This document shows, one piece after another, positions 58,469 to 64,000 of a DNA stretch of 64,000 nucleotides. The notes beneath the pieces are model-generated. The model was given only the letters and a program-made list of their open reading frames with translations. It searched no databases and was not told the DNA's origin. Origin of the DNA: an uncultured delta proteobacterium (GTDB taxonomy: Bacteria; Desulfobacterota; Binatia; DP-6); the NCBI GenBank assembly GCA_963815115.1, contig CAWFFN010000008.1, forward strand, positions 1 to 64,000. The letters run 5' to 3'. The translations under genes and the position numbers were made by a program. How positions within the stretch are numbered: position 1 is the stretch's first letter; every line of letters begins with the position of its first letter.

Positions 58469-60516
58469 GGACGGTGCCCGCGATCGCACTGGTGGCGCTC
58501 GCGCTCACGAGCGCGCGCGCGGCGACCATCTTCGACGGCGATCCGGTCGATCCCGGCACTCAGCGCGCGTACGCGATCCTGCCGGGCGTTCCCCTGATCC
58601 TCCCGCAGCCGGACGGGAAGTTCGACCCGCCGATCGTCGACCCGAGCATCGTCGGCGACGTCGACCTAGTCGTGCGTGCCGCCAGCCTCGGGATCGGTCC
58701 GGCGATGCCGCCGCCGGTGGCGAGCCCGCCGGTCGTCACCGCGGGCGGCCTGCACGTCGCGGCGGGCAGCGAGATCCCCTTCACCGTGATCGCCTCAACG
58801 GGAGGTCCGGGCGCAGGCGCGCCGCTCGGCGGCTCGAGCCTCGACGGCATCCCGGTGGTGGTCGCCGCGTTCGCCGATCTCGACGGCGACGGCGTCATCG
58901 GCCCGACGCGTGCCGACGGCGCGGCCGACGATGCGCGTGAGGCCCAGGAAGCGGCGTTCGTCGTCGGCCGACAGGTCGCACTCTTCAGCGGCGGCGTCGC
59001 CGAAGGCACGCTCGCGGTCTGGAAGGGTGCGCCCGCTTCGGCCGGCGGTCTCACGGTCATCCTCACCGCGATGGCCTACGTCGGCCCGTTCAGCCCGGGC
59101 TTCTTCGCCGGCAACGTGCCGGACGGCCCGGGCGTCGCAACGTCCCTGCCGCTCTTCCCGCGCCTCGATCCCGACCGGGTGATCGAGGGAAACGGACGCG
59201 GCGGACCGGCCGATCCCGACGAGCGCCTGGGCTTCGAGTGGGAGGCCGCCTTCGACGCCCCGGCAGACGACCCGGTGCTCGGCCCGCTGTTCGCGCTGCC
59301 CACCAACGGGAGCAATGTCACCATCGACCGCGCCGTCGTGGTCGGCGGCGCCGTGTCGCGCGCGCGCTTTCTCGACCCGGCAGGCCTCACGGGCTTCTCG
59401 AACGAGAGCGAGGCGTCGCTCTACCCAGGCGCCGGCGGGACGCTCCTCGAGCCGCGCTCCGCCATCGCGCTCGCCGACGACGGGCCGGGAGGTGGCGTGC
59501 CGGTCCAGCTGGTCCCGGTCGACGGCCTCGACAACGTCACCGACCCGACGCCCGGGACGGCGGCGACGCTGGTAGCTGGTCCGGGACTCGTCATCGCCGC
59601 GCCCGACACGGACGGCGATCCGGGCCGGGAGACGGTGGTACTTGGCTCGGCCGCGGGCGTCTCCGTCACCGTCGACGACGACGGCGGGACGAACGACTCG
59701 GGCACGTCCTCGTCGGTCGTCGTCGTCATGGGCGGCGCGCCGGTCGAGTCGCTCGCCGTCCAGCTCACGCCCGGAAGCGGCGGCTCGACGACCACCACCG
59801 TGCTGCCGACGACCACCACCGTGTTGCCGACGACGACCACGACGGTGCCTGCCATCCCCACCGTCCGCGGCGCGGCCATCGTCGGGGAGCCGGCGGCCCT
59901 GTCACGTGCCTGTCCCGCGCAGAAGACGATCGCCGCCGTCGTGGACGCCGGCACCGGCGGCGCCTCCGAGGTGTCGGTGACGCTCTCGGTGAACGGCACG
60001 ATCGCGCGCACGCTGTCGCTCTCCCCCGCGACGCTTCCCCCAGACCTCACCGTGCCGCCGGGCCCCGGCTATGCCGGCGACTTCTCGCTCGACAGCCCCG
60101 ACCTGGGGACGCTCCAGATCACCATCGAGGCGCGGAACGCGGCGGGAAGCGCACCGCCGCTGTCCTTCTCGTTGCCCATCGTCCGCGCGCTGCCGCCCAC
60201 GGTGCTCGCGCCCGTGCTGACGCCCTCGTCGCTGCCGGCCGGGGTGCGCTCGGTCGTCACCGTCACGGCCCGGGTCGGCAGCGACTGTCGCGTTCGCAAG
60301 GTGCGCGCCGCGGCCGACCTCGGGCGAGGCTTCCGCGGCATCGGCGCCTTGCGAGACGGGGGCAAGAAGGGCGATGCGATCGCCGGTGACGGGCTCTTCA
60401 CGGGCAAGCTCAAGCTGAGGCCCAGGCGCACCGGCACCTTCCCCGTGCGTGTCACCGCGCGCAATCGACAGAAGCTCACGGGCACGAGCCCCTCGACGCC
60501 CCTGGTCGTGCAGTAG
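58465..60516 (+). CDS. Large secreted multidomain protein with choice-of-anchor-X-like C-terminal domain
   Basis: Signal peptide (ARA), Ca-loop-like DLDGDGVIG, TTTTVLP linker, LRDGGKKGDAIAGDGLFTG. Confidence 0.8.
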   Translation: MRTVPAIALVALALTSARAATIFDGDPVDPGTQRAYAILPGVPLILPQPDGKFDPPIVDPSIVGDVDLVVRAASLGIGPAMPPPVASPPVVTAGGLHVAAGSEIPFTVIASTGGPGAGAPLGGSSLDGIPVVVAAFADLDGDGVIGPTRADGAADDAREAQEAAFVVGRQVALFSGGVAEGTLAVWKGAPASAGGLTVILTAMAYVGPFSPGFFAGNVPDGPGVATSLPLFPRLDPDRVIEGNGRGGPADPDERLGFEWEAAFDAPADDPVLGPLFALPTNGSNVTIDRAVVVGGAVSRARFLDPAGLTGFSNESEASLYPGAGGTLLEPRSAIALADDGPGGGVPVQLVPVDGLDNVTDPTPGTAATLVAGPGLVIAAPDTDGDPGRETVVLGSAAGVSVTVDDDGGTNDSGTSSSVVVVMGGAPVESLAVQLTPGSGGSTTTTVLPTTTTVLPTTTTTVPAIPTVRGAAIVGEPAALSRACPAQKTIAAVVDAGTGGASEVSVTLSVNGTIARTLSLSPATLPPDLTVPPGPGYAGDFSLDSPDLGTLQITIEARNAAGSAPPLSFSLPIVRALPPTVLAPVLTPSSLPAGVRSVVTVTARVGSDCRVRKVRAAADLGRGFRGIGALRDGGKKGDAIAGDGLFTGKLKLRPRRTGTFPVRVTARNRQKLTGTSPSTPLVVQ

Positions 60517-60599
60517 GACGAGCGGGCGTCCCGGGACGCCGTTGCAGAACGCCCGTCCCGCGCCGCATGAGGCTGCCGGTTCAGGTGACGAGCTCGCCG

Positions 60600-61060
60600 C
60601 TACTGCGCGACCAGCGCGACTGTCGGGCTCGTCCCCGAGAGCCATGCGCGGTTACGTACCGTGGCGCGCACCGGGAAAGCGCCCGGCTGCGCGGGCCTCA
60701 CGCGGAGGGTGCCGGTGAAGAGACCGTCGCCCGCCGCGGGGTCGCCCTTCCTGCCGTCGTCGCGCAGCGAGCCGGCGCGGCGGAAGCCGCGGCCGAGGTC
60801 TGCCTCGAGCTTCACCTTGCGGGCGCCGCAGGCGTCGAACACGCGGACGGTGGCGGCCACGGTCGAGCGGACGCCGGCGGGCACCACAGCCGGGCTCAGG
60901 CTCGGCGCCAGCAGCGTTGGCGGCATCGCGGTCACGATCGGTAGCGAGAACGAGAATGGCGCGGCGGCGCCGGCGGCGTTGCGCGCGTCGACGGTGACCT
61001 GCAGGACGCCCGCGTCGGGATTTTGGAGCGAGAAGCGCTCGTCCCAACCGGGGCCCGCGG
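60600..61060 (-). pseudogene. Inverted, 5'-truncated paralog of the C-terminus of 58465..60516
   Basis: PPTLLAPSLSP..VPAGVRS.V...ADLGRGFR..G.LRDDGRKGDPAAGDGLFTG; upstream DAGVLQVTVDARNAAG; no start or signal peptide. Confidence 0.75.
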
Positions 61061-61188
61061 GCAGCGGCAGAACCGGCGGCGAGCGTGGTGGGCCTCAGCG
61101 CGAGGGCCGGGTGGGGCTTCTCACGCTGGTCGCGTCATGTCCCCCAGCCCGAGTGGCGAAGGCATGCCGTTTTCCGGGGCCGAGCGGG

Positions 61189-61204
61189 TGGCATGCGCGG
61201 TGCT
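61189..61204 (+). promoter_or_regulatory. sigma54 promoter of paralog 3
   Basis: TGGCATGCGCGGTGCT, about 50 bp before the ATG; AGGAGGAGG RBS. Confidence 0.65.
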
Positions 61205-61255
61205 CTTGGAGCCCGTCGGGCACGCAGCCCGCAATCAAGGAGGAGGAAGACATCA

Positions 61256-62452
61256 ATGCAAACGATCACGAGATGGAGCATCGCGCTGAGCATGCTCGCG
61301 CTCGGTGGACTCGCCGTCCTGGTCCCGGCCGCGGAGGCCAAGGGAGTCAAGGTCCGCCAGAGTCTGGGCGTCACCGGAGCCGACCCCGACGGAACCGGGG
61401 AGCTGAAGGCCGACATCCGCGCCTCTGCCGCCGGGTTGCGCGGCAAGCTCGAGGTGAAGGTGCACGGGCTCGCCCCCGAGTCCACCTTCGACATCACCCT
61501 CGACGGGGTGCGGATCGGCTCCTTCACCACGCGGCGGAACGGCTCGGGCAAGGCGAAGTTCGACACCCGACCCAGCCGATCCAAGCAGCTCCTCGGCGTC
61601 GACCCGCGCGGAAGGCTGGCGGCGGTGGTGGCCGGCGATGGCTCCGTGGTACTCCAGACCGCGGTGTCCGCCAGCACGCTCGACCCCAACGACGTGCGCT
61701 GCTGCCTGCCCGACGATTCCGGTCCCGAGTGCGAGGACCGCACCGCCGCCGAGTGCGCCGCCGCCGGCGGGGTCGACCTGGGGCCGGGCTCCTGCCTGCC
61801 GAACCCATGCAGTGGCGGGACGCCAATCGGTGGCGACGTTCTCTGCTGTCTGCCCGACGATTCCGGTCCCGAGTGCGAGGACCGCACCGCCGCCGAGTGC
61901 AGCGCCCAGGGCGGCATCAACATCGGCGTGGGCACCTGCCTGCCGAACCCGTGCAGCGGTCCGACACCGCCGCCGGACGACGACATCCGCTGCTGCCTGC
62001 CCGATGACTCGGGTCCCCAGTGCGAGGACCGCACGGTGGCCGAGTGCGACGCGGCGGGTGGTATCAACATCGGGGCCGGCGCCTGCACGGCGGACGCTTG
62101 TCACGCAGGGGCGACCACCACCACCACGCTGCCGCCGAACGCGGCCGTGCTGGTGACCTGTGAGCGGCGCTCGGACCGCTCGAAGGTGTCTGTGAACGGC
62201 AACAATCTCGCCTCCGGCACCTACAGCGCACGCATCACGTCGGGCGCGAACGCGGCCGCGAGCGGCGCGCAGCCCACGGTGGGCGACGAGGCGGAGTTCG
62301 ACTTCGCCAGCGAGCCCGACGACATCGCGGCCGGCGCGACGCCGATCGCAGCGGGCTTCATCCAGGGTACGCCGCCGCTGGTGACGGGCGAGATCCTGAA
62401 CGCCGGCGGCGTGGTGGTGGTGTCGGCAACGGCGACCTGTCTCGACCGGTAG
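61256..62452 (+). CDS. Secreted Cys-repeat protein, paralog 3 (3 repeats)
   Basis: Signal peptide ending AEA; three CCLPDDSGP.CEDRT.AEC repeats; same N- and C-domains. Confidence 0.9.
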   Translation: MQTITRWSIALSMLALGGLAVLVPAAEAKGVKVRQSLGVTGADPDGTGELKADIRASAAGLRGKLEVKVHGLAPESTFDITLDGVRIGSFTTRRNGSGKAKFDTRPSRSKQLLGVDPRGRLAAVVAGDGSVVLQTAVSASTLDPNDVRCCLPDDSGPECEDRTAAECAAAGGVDLGPGSCLPNPCSGGTPIGGDVLCCLPDDSGPECEDRTAAECSAQGGINIGVGTCLPNPCSGPTPPPDDDIRCCLPDDSGPQCEDRTVAECDAAGGINIGAGACTADACHAGATTTTTLPPNAAVLVTCERRSDRSKVSVNGNNLASGTYSARITSGANAAASGAQPTVGDEAEFDFASEPDDIAAGATPIAAGFIQGTPPLVTGEILNAGGVVVVSATATCLDR

Positions 62453-62481
62453 CGGCGCCCGACTCCGTCGCGCTGGTGAGC

Positions 62482-62511
62482 GATGCCCGGGGGGCCTCGG
62501 CCCTCCGGGCA
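62482..62511. terminator. GC-rich hairpin between convergent genes
   Basis: GATGCCCGGGGGGCC-TC-GGCCCTCCGGGCATC; no clear U-tract. Confidence 0.5.
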
Positions 62512-62557
62512 TCGTCGCGTTCGCGCACCTCTCAGTCATCGTCGTCGCCCTCCCCGC

Positions 62558-64000
62558 TCAGTAGCCCGCGGCGGGCAGCTCCAACACGAAGCGCGCACCG
62601 CGGGCGACGCTCGGGTCCAGCGTCACCCGACCGCCGTGACGCTCCATGATCTTCCGGACGACCGCCAGCCCCACGCCCGTGCCGCGCGATTTCGTGGTCA
62701 TGAAGAGCTGGAAGATGCGGTCTCGGACCTCGGGTGGAACGCCGGGGCCCTCGTCCTGCACGCCGATGCGGACCACGCCCGGGTTGCCGCCGCCGACGCG
62801 AGCATCGATGGTCACCCGGCCGCCCTGCGGCATCGCGTCGATTGCGTTGCCGAGCAACTCCTGCATCGCCTGGGTCAGGTGCGCGGGGTCGGCGAGGACA
62901 CGCGGGAGCGAGGGTGGCAGGTCGAGCGCCACGGTGACGCCCGAGGCCTCGAGCCGCGCCGCGACAGCGTCGAGGACCGAGCGCGCCAGCGCCGGCAGCT
63001 CCAGCGGCTCGAGGTGCGGCTCGAACGGCCGCGCGAAGTCGAGGATGCCCCGCACCTGCGCTTCGAGTTTGTCCACCGCGCCGAGGACGTCCTCGAAGCT
63101 CTCGCGCACCGGGTCGGTGCCGGTCGTGGCCTCCAGGCCGAGCTGCGCGGCCAGGCGAATGCCGGCCAGTGGGTTGCGGATGCCGTGCGCCACCGCCGCC
63201 GACAGCTCGCCGATCTCGGCCAGTCGCTCGCTCCGCGCGAGCTGGACGCGCGCCTCCGCGAGCTGCTCGATGGCGGTCGCATTGGCGAGCGCGGCGGCCG
63301 TCTCGTTGGCCAGCGTGCGCAGCACATCGAGGTCGTCCGACGACAGCGTCGCCCCCGTGGCCTTGCCACGCACGGCGAGGCACCCGGTCACGCGGCCCTC
63401 GCGCAGCATCGGCACGACGAGCACCGCCTCGAGCGCACGGAACAGACGCCGCAGCACGTCGCGCCGGTCCGCCAGGACGCGCGACTGCTCGACCTCATCG
63501 AGCGACAGCGGGCGGCCGATGGCGACCAGTTCCGCGAGCTCCGGGGCCTCCGGCGGGATGCGGCCCGGGTCGCCGCCTCGCCGCACCAGGCCCGCGGCCT
63601 CGCATTCCCACACCGACGGCGCGTCCAGGTGGAGCGAGTCGCGCATCGTCGCCAGGACGTACCGCACGACGGCGGTCCGATCGAGCAGCGTGGTCATGTG
63701 CTCGCTGGCCCGCGCGATGGTGCCCTTGTAGTCGATGCGCCCGCGATGGAAGAGATCGTCGACCGCACGCTGCACGCGGTCGCGCAGCGGCACGATCGTC
63801 GCCAGGACGACGAGCACGAAGGCGATCGGGAAGAGCGCCGACTGGCGCAGGTCGAGCCCCGCCGCCACCCGGTCCGCGACGACCACGCTCGCCGCGTAGG
63901 CGAACGCGACCAGCGCCGTCAGCGCCGCGTAGACCAGCGACTGGCGCACCAGGCGATCGGCCTCGAACAGGTCGTGGCGGATCACCGCGTAGCCGATCGC
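62558..64000 (-). CDS. Membrane sensor histidine kinase with GAF domain (partial, runs off the window)
   Basis: TM helices, GAF, AHGIRNPL H-box, GNAIDA, DEGPG, FMTTK, GTGVGL. Confidence 0.92.
   Translation of the reverse strand, partial: AIGYAVIRHDLFEADRLVRQSLVYAALTALVAFAYAASVVVADRVAAGLDLRQSALFPIAFVLVVLATIVPLRDRVQRAVDDLFHRGRIDYKGTIARASEHMTTLLDRTAVVRYVLATMRDSLHLDAPSVWECEAAGLVRRGGDPGRIPPEAPELAELVAIGRPLSLDEVEQSRVLADRRDVLRRLFRALEAVLVVPMLREGRVTGCLAVRGKATGATLSSDDLDVLRTLANETAAALANATAIEQLAEARVQLARSERLAEIGELSAAVAHGIRNPLAGIRLAAQLGLEATTGTDPVRESFEDVLGAVDKLEAQVRGILDFARPFEPHLEPLELPALARSVLDAVAARLEASGVTVALDLPPSLPRVLADPAHLTQAMQELLGNAIDAMPQGGRVTIDARVGGGNPGVVRIGVQDEGPGVPPEVRDRIFQLFMTTKSRGTGVGLAVVRKIMERHGGRVTLDPSVARGARFVLELPAAGY

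Noticed and set aside
61690-62101. ~135-bp repeats with variable spacers as CRISPR or DGR template/variable repeats
   Set aside because: In-frame protein repeats; no reverse transcriptase or cas gene in the window and no apparent adenine-specific variation.

Overview
GC-rich (roughly 70% by eye) bacterial accessory region. The gene style (Cys-rich secreted proteins with Thr linkers, many sigma54 promoters, DUF3596-type integrase) suggests Candidatus Binatia/Deltaproteobacteria-like soil bacteria, but this is inference. It is a mosaic of intact modules separated by short gene scars. Intact modules: a GH94 plus glucoamylase-family (GH144-like) pair; an orphan decaheme OmcA/MtrC-type cytochrome; a DisA_N diadenylate cyclase; a TetR-led aromatic catabolic operon (hpaB, hpaE, hpaD-like, ADC-like, FAH, P450, amidohydrolase); an FhlA-like activator with STAS protein and RND pump; phosphoketolase; an ApbE/ferric-reductase flavinylation cluster; VIT1; a P-type ATPase; and a sigma54 two-component locus with three paralogous secreted Cys-repeat proteins. 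Mobile DNA: a complete IS4 with a 10-bp target duplication, an IS1111-type (IS110) right end inserted into an IS3, IS256 and IS91-like remnants, a decayed integrative element and a tRNA-like att remnant. No rRNA, full tRNA or CRISPR array was seen. Best candidates for undescribed biology are the sigma54-controlled Cys-repeat secreted protein system (46-64 kb), the ApbE cluster lacking a canonical FMN-binding substrate, and the IS1111 noncoding RNA whose predicted guide matches the IS3 frameshift site. All assignments come from motif recognition by eye; no searches were run.
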